Shown here in pieces: positions 27,954 through 41,419 of a stretch of DNA of 64,000 nucleotides (positions within the stretch are counted from its first letter, which is position 1; the number at the start of each line of letters is the position of its first letter). Position numbers and translations under genes: made by a program. The stretch covers positions 21,886,001 to 21,950,000 of the forward strand of contig CP158635.1 of NCBI GenBank assembly GCA_050273025.1, in the 5' to 3' direction. Origin of the DNA: Cenococcum geophilum. Lineage: Eukaryota. Under the pieces are notes generated by a model. It ran no database searches, was not told the origin of the DNA, and saw nothing but the letters and a program-made list of their open reading frames with translations.

Positions 27954-30900
27954 TGTAACGGAACCTTATAGCAAGAACTACAATGGGTTCGTTAATGGGC
28001 TAGGTGTATAGGAAATACAAGTACAAAAGTCAACAACGTAATAATAACTGGTGGAGTGGTTGCCTAATAGATTAACTCCAATTATATTCTAAGAATTACT
28101 ATAAGGAAGGAACTATCTAGGTAGGGACTAAGGGTCCTTAAATACATAACCGTACTCCTATAAAATCCTTCTTATACGTAATATACGTCTTATACGTAAG
28201 GTACATAAGTTCCTTTTATTCCTCTTATTTAATATATAGCATATTATATAACCTTAGTTACTATTCCTTATTATATAGTTCTATCGGCTCTATCCTAAAC
28301 TATACCTAAATTAACTAACTAGCTTCTTCCGTCTCTTCTCTAAGTAGTTATAATATTGTACTTAAAGTGTCCGTAATACTATCTCCCTCCTCTTTATCTT
28401 TATCCTTAAAGATTTAAAACATCTTTAAGTTGTTTACTAAAGGTGTAATATCCATTTAATTAATTTAGTTAATATTATTACTTATTATGCCTAAAGTAAT
28501 TTCTTCTTTATATGCCTAACGTTGTGCTCGCACTATTACTGCAATATTATCTCTTAGTAAGATTATACCGTCTCTATATTCTTATTATTTAAAAGAGGGG
28601 TTAGTTTATATTATATTAGTAAACCCATCTTCGCGATAACCGTCCTCTTACTTAGAGTATACTAAAGCGAATATTTATTTATCCTATAACGTTCGCTCTA
28701 CTTCTAATGCTAAATATATATAACCTATTACTCTTAATAGTCGTCTAGTTCCCTAATTAATTTATCTTAGGGTCTTATATTTAATCTACTATTGCGCGGC
28801 TAAATAGTAAACTATTACAAGCCCTTACTAAGTTAGAATGTTCCCATAATACAAAATAGAAGGCTCTAAATACTTAAATTACGGCGTCTGCTTATCTGCT
28901 TCATCTTAAGAAGATTTATAAGAAGGTTTATTCTAAGGAGTAGAAACTTATAGAATAAGGTTTATAGGAACTAGGTAATAAAAGAACGGATTCTCCTCTA
29001 ATAGAGAAGGAAATAGATCCGAGTAGTTCAGCAACTACTCTTCTTAGGTCCCCCTTAGGTGACTTATTCTTTAGCAATCCTTCTTTATTAATACTACCTA
29101 ACCTAATCTCTTTTAATACTCCTATACCTTTCCTATAGCGTTCTTTAAATTCTCTAGTAGCTCCTAGGTAGTCTCAGTATAGCCTATCCACTTTACTTTA
29201 TACTATATTTTATTATTAATATCCTTATAACTAATAATCCTTAAAACTTACTATTTATCTTCTTCTTATCCTCTATATATATCTACTTTATAGACCAGTA
29301 GCTTAACATTTCTATATACTAGCTCTAGCATTACGATATACTATATAGGGTAGATCTTTATTTTAGCTAGTAGGTTTAACTTAAATATAACCAGTAAAAT
29401 CCTCTATATAATTTTAAAAGGTCCTAGTCTAATATAGTCCAATTTCTTACTTAGTCGTCAACTCTTAAAATTTTTATATAGTAGCTATACTTTATCTCCC
29501 TCCTTAAGATCTAGTCCCTTAGATCTCTTAGCATTATAGTACTTTTTTATTTTTTCTTATACTTTCTTTACTAATTCCATAAGGTCTATATAAAGATTCA
29601 TTAACGTCTTTATTCTTTCTTTAGCTATACTACTTATTTTCTTTACTTGCTATAGTAACAACGATATTCTTAGCTTATATCCATAATTTGCTTTAAATAA
29701 TAATATGCCTATTCCTTCTTAAGGTGTTGCATTATATATAAACTATATAACTAGTAATAGCGATACCCAATTATTCTGTATATAATTAATATAATACCTT
29801 AGATACTGCTTTAGTATCTAATTTAACCTTTCTATTTAACCGTCTATCTGTGGATAATACGCGGTAGAAGTTACTGCTTAAACTCCTTACTCCGCTAAGA
29901 ATACTTCCTAAAATGCTGTTATGAATCTTAGGTCTCTATCTAATATAATCTTACTTAGTGCTCTATATCTTATAAACACTTCTTTAACGTAGATTCTAGC
30001 GATATCTTCCGCTGAGATTTCTTCTATACATGCTATAAAGTATCCCCACTTTATAAGCTTATCTACTATTACTAAGATTACATTATAATCTTATCCGGTA
30101 ATAGGATCTTTTAATTTTAGCAACTTAATAATAAAGTCCCATAATATAACCTTCTATAGTCTCTCTAGTATTTCGACAGGTTATAGCCCTCTATATGGCT
30201 TATGCCTCGTTAGTTTATTCCTTTAATAATCTAGATATTCCTTTATAACCTTTCTAGCTATCCTCTAGATTCCGTCAATAATGTACTCCTTTTAAAGTCT
30301 CGTCACTAAGCCTATAGCTCTATTATATCCTTAGGTTAGTCCCTTGTGGAAGTCTTCTATAAACTACTCTACTATACTTCTTAGGATATACTTTACTTCT
30401 TAATTTTCGTATATATCCGTCTGTGGATCTTCTAGCTATGCTTTTAGAATTCTTTATACCCAAAAGCTTTCCGGTGTCTTATAGACTTTCTTTAGTTTCT
30501 TATCTTCTTAAGTTGCTACAATTTTCGGATAATTATACCTAATTAACCTGTCTATATCTTTTCGCAATAAAGCCCCTAATGGCTTTTCCTTATTTTATAG
30601 TTTAGCTTTACAGCTTAGAGCATCTACCCTTATATTATCTATACCTTTAGTATACTAAATCTCAAAATAGTATTCCGCAAGCATCTCTACCCATCTAACC
30701 TATCTTTAGTTAAGTTCCTTCATTATTAGAAATCCTGTTAGGTTCTTATAATCTGTCTTAACTATAAATAGTTTCTCTATGCCTTACAAGAATGCTCTCC
30801 ATTTCTTTAATACTGTAACTATACCTAATAACTCCTTATTATAGATGTTATAGTTTAATTCCAGTAGTGTTATCTTCCGACTATAGTATGCCACTAGGTG

Positions 30901-33900
30901 CCATCTATCTTAATGTCTTTATATAAAGCACGCCCCTAGTATATAGTCTAATATATCTATTTCTATAACCGTCTCTAGACCTAGTTAATAGATCTTAAGA
31001 ACTGGCTCCTAGGTAAACAACTTTTTAACTTTCTTAAAGAGTTTTCTTTGCTCCTCTCCCTATACCTATAGTTCTTCTTTCTTTATTAACCGCGTAAATA
31101 GCTTAATATCCTTTAACCACTGCGCTATAAACCTTCTGCAGTAATTGCAAAACCCTAAAAACAATCTTAACTATATAACATTCTCTAGTTTCTACTAATT
31201 TACTATAGCCTTAATCTTCTTTAGATCTATACTAAGTTAGCCTAGTTTAATAATAAATTTAACAAAATCAGTCTTCCTAGTAAAGAACTCGCATTTCTTA
31301 ATTACTACTAGTATCTATTCTTCTTATAGTCTCTTTAAGACCCATTTAATATGTTCCCCAAATTCTTCCTTAGTTATTAAGTAGATAATAATATTATTAA
31401 GATATACTATAATAAATTCATCCAAGTATTCTCCTAACATATTATTGATACATTTTTAGAACGTTGCTAGTATATTTATAAGCCCAAATTGCATAACTAA
31501 TAGTTTATATAGTCCTTCCTTTAACCTAAAGGCTGCCTTCTATTTATCGCCTTCCTTAATCCTAATCTAATAGTACGCCCATCTTAGATCTATCTTTATA
31601 AAGATTTACGCATTACCTATTCTGTCTTAAATTTCGCTAATTAAGGGTAAAGGATACCTATCCTTCCTAGTAATACTATTTAACTATCTATAGTTAATAC
31701 ACAGCCTTAGTTTACCATTTTTCTTTAGTACGAACAGTACTAGATAACCCGCTAATAACTACGATGGTCTAATATATCCCTTTTATAAATTTTCCTAGAT
31801 AAACTCTTTTAACGCTCTACCTTCTTCTTTAGTAAGCTTATAAATTAGAAAGAACTTTAGACTTATTCCTAGTTCTAACTCTATTTTATAGTCCCATGCT
31901 ATATATTCTAATAGTTTTTTACTTTCCGGTAACCATAGTTTCTTACCGTACTTATGGTATCTCTTTAGTATATAACTTAGTCCTTTTTCTATTTCTTTAT
32001 AGGTTGCTCCTACTTAGTACCATACCAACTTGGCTTATTATTACATCTTACGGCGTTAAGTATCTCTAATATCGACCTAACCTATAATCTAATTAATCCT
32101 CAGATTATATTCCTATAACTAAGGCATGCCTAATACTGCCTTATCCTGTCCTAATGGTAGGATATCAAAAGACATTTTAATTTATCTCCCTTTAATAGTT
32201 ATCCGAATAGGTCCTATTTTAAGATTAATAATCCCTCCTCTATAGGTTATTAGATCTCCTAAAATTATAACTAATAGGTAAGATTACTTCTTTTGTCTAT
32301 AAGGTAGTCCTATTCTCCTAACTACTACTAGTAAGATATAGTTTTGTGTTACTCCACTATCTATTAGCACTTCAAACTGCTAATTTTACCAATTAATTTA
32401 TAAATTTAGGTGTTGTCCTTAAATTCCTTTAAGGGTCTAAGGCTCTACCACTAGCTCCCTCTAGTCCTATAGGCCTTTACTTTTTTTAACTATTAGCTGC
32501 TTAATCCTAATATACTTAGCTTACTCTTTAGCCAATACCTAGTTCGCTTTTTATCTTTAATATACTATAGATACGTGTTTTTTAAGCATTCCCACCACTA
32601 TCGTCTATCTAAGTATTCTTCCGTAAGGAATCTTCCTAGTTAAAGTACTAAACTTTCTTCCTCTTAGACCTCTACTAGATGCTATCTATATATATATTTA
32701 GCATTCCTATACTATTACTTATCTATTATCCAGTATATCCTTATAGGGTATTTCCAATTCTTTTCCTTTAGATTCTTATACATTTCGCATATATTATCTA
32801 CGCACGCAATCTATAATAACGTATAGTATACTAGGTGCTTTAGGTTAACTCTTAGCTCGTCTTCGTCCTTAAGTTTAAACCTTTATTGTGCTAATCTAAA
32901 CATTACAACTTTATTTGTAGGTACTAAAATACGTCTCTTACTTCTCTAGTCCTCTAAACGTTCCTCTAAATCCTTTAACGTTATAATTAAGGCTCCTTTA
33001 ATATATGTTATAGCCTTCTCTATAATTAGGTAGTTCTAAATAACTTTTTCATCCAACTATATATAGAAATCTTCCCACTTATTATTATGCCTTTACCTAT
33101 ACTACTTTTAGTATAGCTGCTAAAGTATATACAGTCTGTCCGTAAGAAAGTATCTTCTTATTGCTATATTATAACAGCCTTTTATATATTGTTCCTTAAA
33201 CCTAGTAGGAATCCCTAAATCCTCTTCTTATTCCAGTTTAGTAAGCCACTTAGCTCTTAATATACCTACTCTCGGCCTATTAGTGATTCTTTATACTAGT
33301 GCTCTGTCCTTTATACGTCCCAATGTGCTAGATCTCTTATCTAGTTTCTATTCTTACTATGCAATAATTCTTTACCTAAACTCTTCTATAGTTTTTTTTA
33401 GTTTGCGCCTTGCGCTCTAATCCTTAAAGTTATCTTACTTCTTAATCCTAGTATTAATTTTTCGATCTTTAGTTTAAACACTTCGTTTAACTAGTAAATC
33501 CTCTAGGTTTATATATTTGTCTCCTAGTCTAATTACTATTTATGCCGCAGATTCTCTAATTTATAAAGAAGCTCCTTACTTTTTATCTATAGGTATCCTA
33601 ATTTATACTCCGAATTCTTGACCTCTTAGATTCTTTAATCCTAAGCTCGCTTCTAACTTAAGCTTAGCTCTTGCCTTAGTTTAACTAGGCTTAACTAGTA
33701 TCCTTATCTTATTTTAAGAGTCCTAGATCTTACTTATCTCGTCTTAAGAATCTTATACTATTGGGAATTCTTATCCTAAGCTTATTTATATATTTTTAAA
33801 CTAAGCTACTGCTCTGCTCCATCGGTTATCATCCGTTATAGGTCCTTAAGCTTACCTTATCTTGTTTTAAGAATCTTGGTTATCTCTTATCTCGCTATAA

Positions 33901-35904
33901 GAATCTTAAGCCTTTAGCCTTTTGCCTTTATTAAGTGCTAAAGTGGTTTACTATCCTACTTCTCTTACGTCTTATAAAGTGATAGACATTATGTCTAGTG
34001 GGGTTTCGATTCCTACTAATGTTCCTTATTCTGTAACGGAATTATCCTCTACCTCTAGTATAACATCTCTAAGGTCTACTCGCTCCTAGTAAGCGGCCCT
34101 TATTGCCTTATTATTATAGAATGTTTCGCCTAGGTCGAATTTATTATCCTTAATATCCAATCTACAAACTGGTTTATTAGTTCCTCTATATCCTATAGGT
34201 GCTAGCTCTTATAGCTAATAGCTTACGCCATACTTAGCGTCCTTATGAATTCGGTATGCATTATTATAACAAAACGTAAAACTTCTAATTAAACATTCTT
34301 TTATTCCTTATAGCATATTGTCATCCCTTTATATATATATATCGTCTGCTAGTCTCATACCCTTTACTATATAGTGACTCTACCCACTTCTATAGTCTCT
34401 AACGTAATGACCCTGTTTTCCGCAATTTATATAAGCTCCTTCTTTAAACCATTTCTCTTACTATGGAGTCCACCTAAATATCTTCTGCTGTTGAGATCCC
34501 TAATTCGGCCTCTGCTCCTTGGACCTTTAATTACCTAATCCTTGTCCTCTAGGTTTCTATAGTTTGCTCCATTTCTTATAGGCTTCTTTAGTGCTACTTA
34601 GGTCTATTAGCTCTGCGCCATACTATAGTTTCTAACTTAGCTTTTATTATTGCGTACTCTGCGCCTTATATAACTGTAAAACTTTGTCCTAGCCCTTCTT
34701 AGCCTGTTCCCTTTAGTAGATCTAATTGTTAATCTTAATCGCCTAATCTATTAGTCCCCTTAGGGTGTCTATATCTTCCATTAGGATAATTACGTCCTAG
34801 ACTTTAGCCTTAAGTCCCTATTTATACTGTGCTATAAGCGCCCTATTATTCTACTCTACTTATATTACTAGTGTCTGGAACTGTATTATATACTTAATTG
34901 CTAAAGTTTATTACACGAGGTTCTAGAGTTTTCTTTCCGCTATAGTTATTTCTTCTAGGTCTCTAAATATCTGCGTGAGTTGCTTTACAAATCCTTCCTA
35001 ACTTAAGAATATAAATCGCACGTCTTAGTTAGTGGTTGTCATTCCATTTACCTATATCTCTGTAAGGTAAGGTTTAAACCACTTAAGTGCTTTTCCTAAC
35101 AAGAATAGTCCTACGTAGGCTATCCGATCCACAGGTATAGGTAACTTTGCTCCCTCCTATAAGACCTTAAAGTGCATCTGCGTAAGAAATCCTTTAAGCT
35201 TTAACCTCTTTCCTATAAATCTCTTAATTAATAGTAGCTTAATCTTTGCTACTTCTATCCCGTTAAGTCTTTCTTCTAATACTATATTATTAGCTGTTAG
35301 CTAGTTAACTATTTCCTATAGCTATCTAACCGTTATAGGTTGCTATAAGTTAGTATCCGCCATACTAGTATCACCTCCTGTCCTTAAAGTAGTTGCTACC
35401 ATTAATGGCGTCATAGTGGCTGCTTTTAGTGGTATATTATTTAACTTCTTATATTAATACTATAACTAGGTAGTAATTATATAACGGAACCTTATAGCAA
35501 AAACTACAATAGGTTTGTTAATAGGCTAGGTATATAGGAAATGCAAGTATAAAAGTTAACAACGTAATAACAACTGGTGGAGTGGTTGCCCAACAGATTA
35601 ACTTTAATTATATTCTAAGAATTACTATAAGGAAGGAACTATCTAGGTAGGGACTAAAGGTCCTTAAATACACAACCGTACTCCTATAAAATCCTTCTTA
35701 TACGTAATGTACGTCTTATACGTAAGGTACGTAAGTTCCTCTCGTTCCTCTCGTTTAATACGTAGCACATTATATGACCTTGGTTACCATTCCTCGTTAC
35801 ATAGTTCTATTGGCTCTATCCTAGACCGTGCCTAAATCAACCAACTAGCTTCTTCCGTCTCTTCTCTAAGTAGTTATAACATCGTACTTAAAGCGTCCGT
35901 AATA
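27954..35904 (-). mobile_element. Full-length RIP-degraded Gypsy chromovirus (gag, PR, RT, RNase H, IN, chromodomain)
   Basis: LTRs 27954-28378 and 35480-35904; 5-bp TSD CCTAG (27949-53, 35905-09); zinc knuckle ~34400-34435; 'LIDSG' ~32360; YL(DD) ~31395. Confidence 0.95.
28487..29100 (+). pseudogene. Antisense Zn2Cys6-like/coiled-coil ORF of the Gypsy element (second copy)
   Basis: ATG at 28487, collinear with 510-1093; Cys positions are Tyr codons (RIP); probable intron ~28715-28770. 3' end approximate. Confidence 0.6.
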
Positions 35905-38900
35905 CCTAGGATTGTGATACTGCTAGTCGCGATCTTAGTGAGGATGCTACGTAAGATTAGCAACTTCAAAGTAGCTTCTTTTAGGCTAGGGTTAAGAGAG
36001 GTTGCCCTATTAAGTATGCAACGAAGTGACGCATTCTTAAATACTGTAACATATGTTCTCTATACTACCTATTCTATAAGATTAGATAACTGGGCTAGGT
36101 ATAGTGCTACAGCCCTTATAGCGCAGAAGAACTCCCATAACTTTATGCCTAAGGCATACGTCTTACAAGTGTTAGGCTCAATACTATGCTATAAAAGGCT
36201 TAAAACCAAGTAAGATTGGCCTAATTGGATAATAAAAGCAGGCAGCGGGCCTGGTAGGTTAATAAGCGAGCCTAAAAATAAGCCATTAGCACTGAGAGAT
36301 CGATCTAAGGATAGAGATTTTTAACTATGGCCTAGTTAAAGCGGGAGAGTATATTAGCTAGTGTATTATCTTTGGATAAAATCCAAGAAGATTGCAACTA
36401 GATATTAAATGCGGTAGCCTAAACTAAGATTTATCAGAGGAGTAAATTGGCAGGGCCTTTAAGCATTATATTTTATAGGCCTGTAAGGGCAACTATATTA
36501 TCCGTATAGACGTAAATAAATAAATATTACTAGGCAGGGCTCTATTTTATAAATATGTTAGTAATAGCGAGTACTTTAAGCATATTAATGTGGGCACGGA
36601 GGTGCTCGGGGGCAGAAGATACTGCGAAGAGGTTGTCTTATAGCAGCGCGGAGGCATAAGGGCGCTATTAACTATAAGGAGTAGAATAGGTCTCGGCGGA
36701 GGAGTGGCCTAGGCAGCTATAAAAGAAGCTAGCATAACCATATTTAGATAAGGCATCCGTAAAGAGATAGATCTAGGGGTAAGTAACGTCCTCCTAAAAG
36801 AAATAAACCCCATTTTAAAGCGCTAGGGCTTTACTCTACTAAGCTAGGTCGGAGATTACTGCTAGTAGGATAGGTAAAGTGTGGCAGTTTATAAAAGAGA
36901 AGGCTATAATAAGGTCCTATAGTAATCTTAAGTAAAATCGCCCCAACTAGATAACTTTTACGGCCTAGGCTAGGCTACCTCTAAGTTACTAGCACTATTT
37001 AAGAGAGATTTAAGGCTTAAGGATAAAAGAGGTAAGTAAATCTTATAATACCATCTACTTAATAGGGCTAAGGGAGAGGAAAAAGGTATTAGTATTAATC
37101 TAATAACCTAGAACGTCTAATACTATACTATAGGAGTCTTTAGTGGCGTTAGGAGGAAAACTAAGTAGTGTAATTATAAAGTTATATATATAAACCACCA
37201 GTGCGTGGCTAGTGCCTAGGTGTAAAATAAATATAAAGTTATTTAGGTAATGAACTAGTGTAAAGAAAGCAACGATTAGATAAAAATGGCGTTTAAATAC
37301 CCAATATAGGGCTTCTGTAAAGAGGTTAAAGAAAAAGGGCACAATAGCTAAACTAAAGGGAAGGCAGCATTTAGTGTATACTATCTTCTCCCATTTAAAA
37401 CCCAGTAGGCGTTAGTTAGTAGTAGCGACCAGGATATTCTAAAAAGCGTCTTTAAGATCGCGTTTAAGAATAACGGCTCCTCTCCTAGCGAGAAGGATAA
37501 GCGCTAGAATGTCGTCTACAGTGCTATAAATAAGGGTAGAGTAGGCCTCTAGGATAGTAGCGTTAACAGAGAGGCCTTAGTAAGGCTTAGGCGAAGAGAG
37601 ATTATAAATACGGCGGAAGGTTCTATCTGGCTTAGGTATAAGTCCTAAGGGGGAATAGCAGATTACTTTAGGTAGACGAATAGTAATACAGCCAATAGGC
37701 AGATCGGTAGCAATCTTTATAGTAATTACCCTAGGGTCGGTATTAGATAAAAGTTGATTTAAATATATACGTGCTAGCAGTAAGGCAGTAACTCTAATCC
37801 GCGCGCTATATATTAGGATACCCTTAATTAAGGGGCCAAGATCTCTAGGGTATAGGAGTAGCTCATCCCTCTAGGCTAACGCGTTTAATGGTAACGGTAA
37901 AATATAAAGTGGATACCCTAGGGTAAATACCTTAAATCTTAGTATTAAATTTGGGCGTAGAGGGGGTATAAATTATTATAGAGACCCCTTACAATCTTTC
38001 TTAACGTAATTCCCTTTATATACTTTACAGAGATATTAATAGGAGTATAGTAATTTAAAGCACGGGCGGCCTATATTTCAATTACCGCATACCTAGCCTT
38101 ATAGGGATAAGATAGATATATCTGCCTAAGGGCGTTTAGATAACGCGCCACTATAGGGGGATAATAGGGCTAGGCGTAAGGTGGCGAAGTTATAGTTAGC
38201 TGCTTATAGTTTAATAGGGATAGTCTAGTTAGTAGGGTCAGTTTATCCAAGCCTTATAGCTCTTTAGTGGACAACTATAGCTAAATTAAAAACGCTGTTC
38301 CAGATAAACTGTGCAAAGAAGCCTATAATAGCTTAGTAGAATTTTGCCATTATAATAGCTAAGGGGGTTAATATGGCCTAGAGGGTTTAAACAATAATAC
38401 TATAATTAGTAAAACCCTTAAGCCAAATGCCTATAGAGGAGAAATCTTTTCTAGAGCCATTACTAAAGGTAATAACTCTTTTATCTGCCGTTAACTCTAT
38501 CTAATTAGAGTTAATTCTAGATGGGTTATTGCGTAGCTTTATAAGGTTTTCTAAAACAAATATACCCTTTTAGATTATAGTAACTTCGGAAACTAGGATC
38601 CTAGAAAGAAGCAGGTCTAGGCTTTTTATAGTAGGAGGGAGAGAAGACTTACTAGAGTTAACCTCTACCGCGTTAATTATTATAGGGTTCTTCTTAATGG
38701 CGGCGAGCCGCGCCTAGTATATTTCTTCTATAGCTAACTTCGCCTAGGCTGTGGAAGCAGTAAATACTTTAAGGGTAGCCTAGTTTAAAGCCGCCTTATA
38801 ATTACGCTCCTGCTTATAGTCTTTTAGCTCTTATTTATAAATATCCTATAGGCGCTTTTCGGCTGTAGTAAAGGGCGTAGGGGCCATAGTAACGGAGGAG

Positions 38901-39238
38901 CGACATGTCTACAAGCCTTTGCTGTTAAGAACACAAGAACAAGAGCGTGTGCTGTATGCAGGAGCGTCTTCAAAAAGGTCTGTTATACGGAGTAGACGGG
39001 GTAATATAGGATGGCGGAGAGGGGTAACGACAACGGCCTAAATTCGAAGCTTTTTAAGGGAGGAGACTCGACGGTTAAATAAGATCTAAATGAATGAATC
39101 AACAGCAGCTTTAATTAACGAGAACTAGCATATTCGAATTCAATTAGATAATATTGTTACTGCTTAAAGTTCTTAATGCAGAGACTTTAAGCCGTGCACT
39201 GTGGGCACGTGACTCCCTATAGACCCTATCATCAAACC

Positions 39239-41060
39239 CAGAGGCCCGATTTTAGCAGTCAATCAAGCCCTATATCGTCTCGTTTAATTAAGTTAGTTTG
39301 CTCGTTTAATACATAAGATATAGGGGTTCTTGGTGGTTGATTTTGGGCAGTTCTATAATATACTACGATTGTGATATAATATACGCGCCGAAAATAAACA
39401 TCCGAACGCGTCTTTTTGACTTAAGCCTACTAAAATCTCCTCTTTTACCCACCAATTCCTATCGCTATACTGCCTATATTATGTCTTCCCATCTTTCTAA
39501 AGCTGGCCCTATTAATTTAGCAGAGAATATGTCTGCAATCGCGCCTAGCAAAGCCTGCGAAGGTTCTAATACCTTATTAGAATTAACCCCCCTTAAGGAC
39601 GAATATAAAGGCCTTAATTGGGACCGTATAGAGAGATATTAACGGCCTTATTAAGACCTCCTTAGAACTCTAAGCTTTATATAGGACTATAGCTGGCGGC
39701 TCTAGTAAAGATTTGGTAAGAAAATAACCATTTTCTTATATAAATATTGCCATCTATATAAGATTAAGGTGACTTTATATAAGACTAGTAGAGCTACTAC
39801 TTCTGCGGCAGGATATCTTATTAAGGATATAGATAGCCATTAGGTTAATTTTTATAGTCTTATTAATTATATAGTGTCTTAAAAGTGGAAGGCTTTAACT
39901 ATTCTAGAGTAGATTTAACGAACCTACTATATATCGCAAGTAGTTGCTAATAAGCTTATTAAGTCCTACGACTCTAATATCTTTAAATAGGCGGTTATAC
40001 TATAGATCGCCGCCGGAAACTACCCTCTGTAAAAAGTCGAGCAACCTAAATTTTAAGCCCTAATTGCGGCTGTAAATAAAGATGCCGAGCCTAATCTATA
40101 CTAAAACTATAAGGCAATTTATAATTAAGTTCTCGCTAAATATAATAGTAATAAAGGTATAGTAATGGAAGAACTAGCGCGATTAATAACGAGATTTTAT
40201 ATATTATTTAATAGCTGGACAACGCGCAATAAGAAGAAAGCTCTTACTAGTGTCTATATTTATTACTTAGATAATTAAGGCCAGATTTAAGACTTTATGC
40301 TTATTCTACTAGAGCAGCTTGGCCTATATAGCGGCTATAACTATTATAACATTATTGGCAATATTATTGCTGAGTATAATCTTAGTAGTCAAATTGGCTA
40401 GTTTATTATGGATAACGCCTATATTAACTTCCTTGTAGTAGAGCTTAGATTTAATAAATAGCAACGTTAGGTGCGGTACGCTACCTATATATTTAATCTA
40501 GTGGCTTAATTAAGTCTATTTGGAACTAATAAAGATACGTTTAAGAACAGTGATGAGAACTTAACGGTAGGCGTTCCCCTATTATTAATTTAATTAAAAC
40601 TAAGACTTCTATAAGAAGAGCAGTAGTTCCTAAAGAAGTAGCGAAAGGAAGGCCCGCTTGGAACTCTTATTAATTTTATCTATTTAATCTGCTTACTATA
40701 AAAGTATAAATAGTTCTATGCCTTCTAGCGAGAGGAGAACGCTATACTACCGCGCGCCAATTTTAAAGTCCTTAAGCTTGTTAAGCCCGTTAAGACTAGG
40801 TAGAATAGTTATTTAATAATATTTAAATAAGCTATTAAGCTTTAAGGCCCTATTTCCTTAATAATGTAGTATAATATTAATAAATAGAATAGGAAGCTCG
40901 TAATAGTTAAGTCTAGTTAATAATATAGAAAGAATCTAAACCTATATTAGAAGCCTCTTAATCGCCCTCTCTATATATAAGTTGGCGGCCTTACTTCCTA
41001 TAATTAGGACGTTATTAAGCATTATATTTAGCTTCTTAAGCCACTTTAGCAAGCTATACT
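39239..41060 (+). mobile_element. hAT (Restless-like) transposon, 5' part, interrupted by a Gypsy LTR
   Basis: Starts CAGAGG; ATG at 39481; BED-finger-like C..C (~39740); de-RIP 'FDGWT', 'MDNA', 'RC..H.FNL', 'TRWNS'. Confidence 0.8.
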
Positions 41061-41419
41061 TGTTACGGCACTGGCAGAACTTGGTAGAACTTTGCGGTTA
41101 CGTAACTAGAGGACCGCATAAAAGAACCCTTCTTCGACTGGCGCTGCTCTCCTTCTCCTTTCCTTTCTCTAGCTTTAGATTCTCGTTTATAGACAATCCA
41201 ATCATACAGGCTTGCACACGTCCTTCTTGCTGTGCTCATGTCCAGGGTTGCGGAAAATCCAATTTTCCGCGATACGGATCGACGATCCACGATTAATTAC
41301 CTCAGCAAGCTTAGACGTAATTCCGTTGGTGCGGATTTTCAATCGGTCCGCAACCTGACTAACTACGTTTGTGCGAAACCACCGGAATCACGTCTGAGGG
41401 ACATTTCCAATGTTTCTTA

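Larger units (their letters stand above)
26743..39233 (-). mobile_element. Ngaro-type tyrosine-recombinase retrotransposon (gag-like ORF, RT/RNase H, YR), split by a Gypsy insertion
   Basis: Split direct repeats: A1 39101-39233 = A2 ~26992-27124; B1 27122-27276 = B2 26743-26898. RT 'PF.FNLF.EAL.W...VHYL(D)(D)F' ~37230-37345; RNase H 'LFTDA' ~36760; YR 'G(H)SFRRG.A...I.RLGRWT.DAF..Y' ~27440-27550. Confidence 0.9.

Noticed and set aside
35455..35480. Self-priming PBS for the first Gypsy family
   Set aside because: Only a partial match to LTR sequence after RIP; cannot be supported.
41061..41208. Solo LTR ending at atcataca
   Set aside because: No matching TSD; the LTR continues past the hAT insertion to 60814, followed by PBS and gag.
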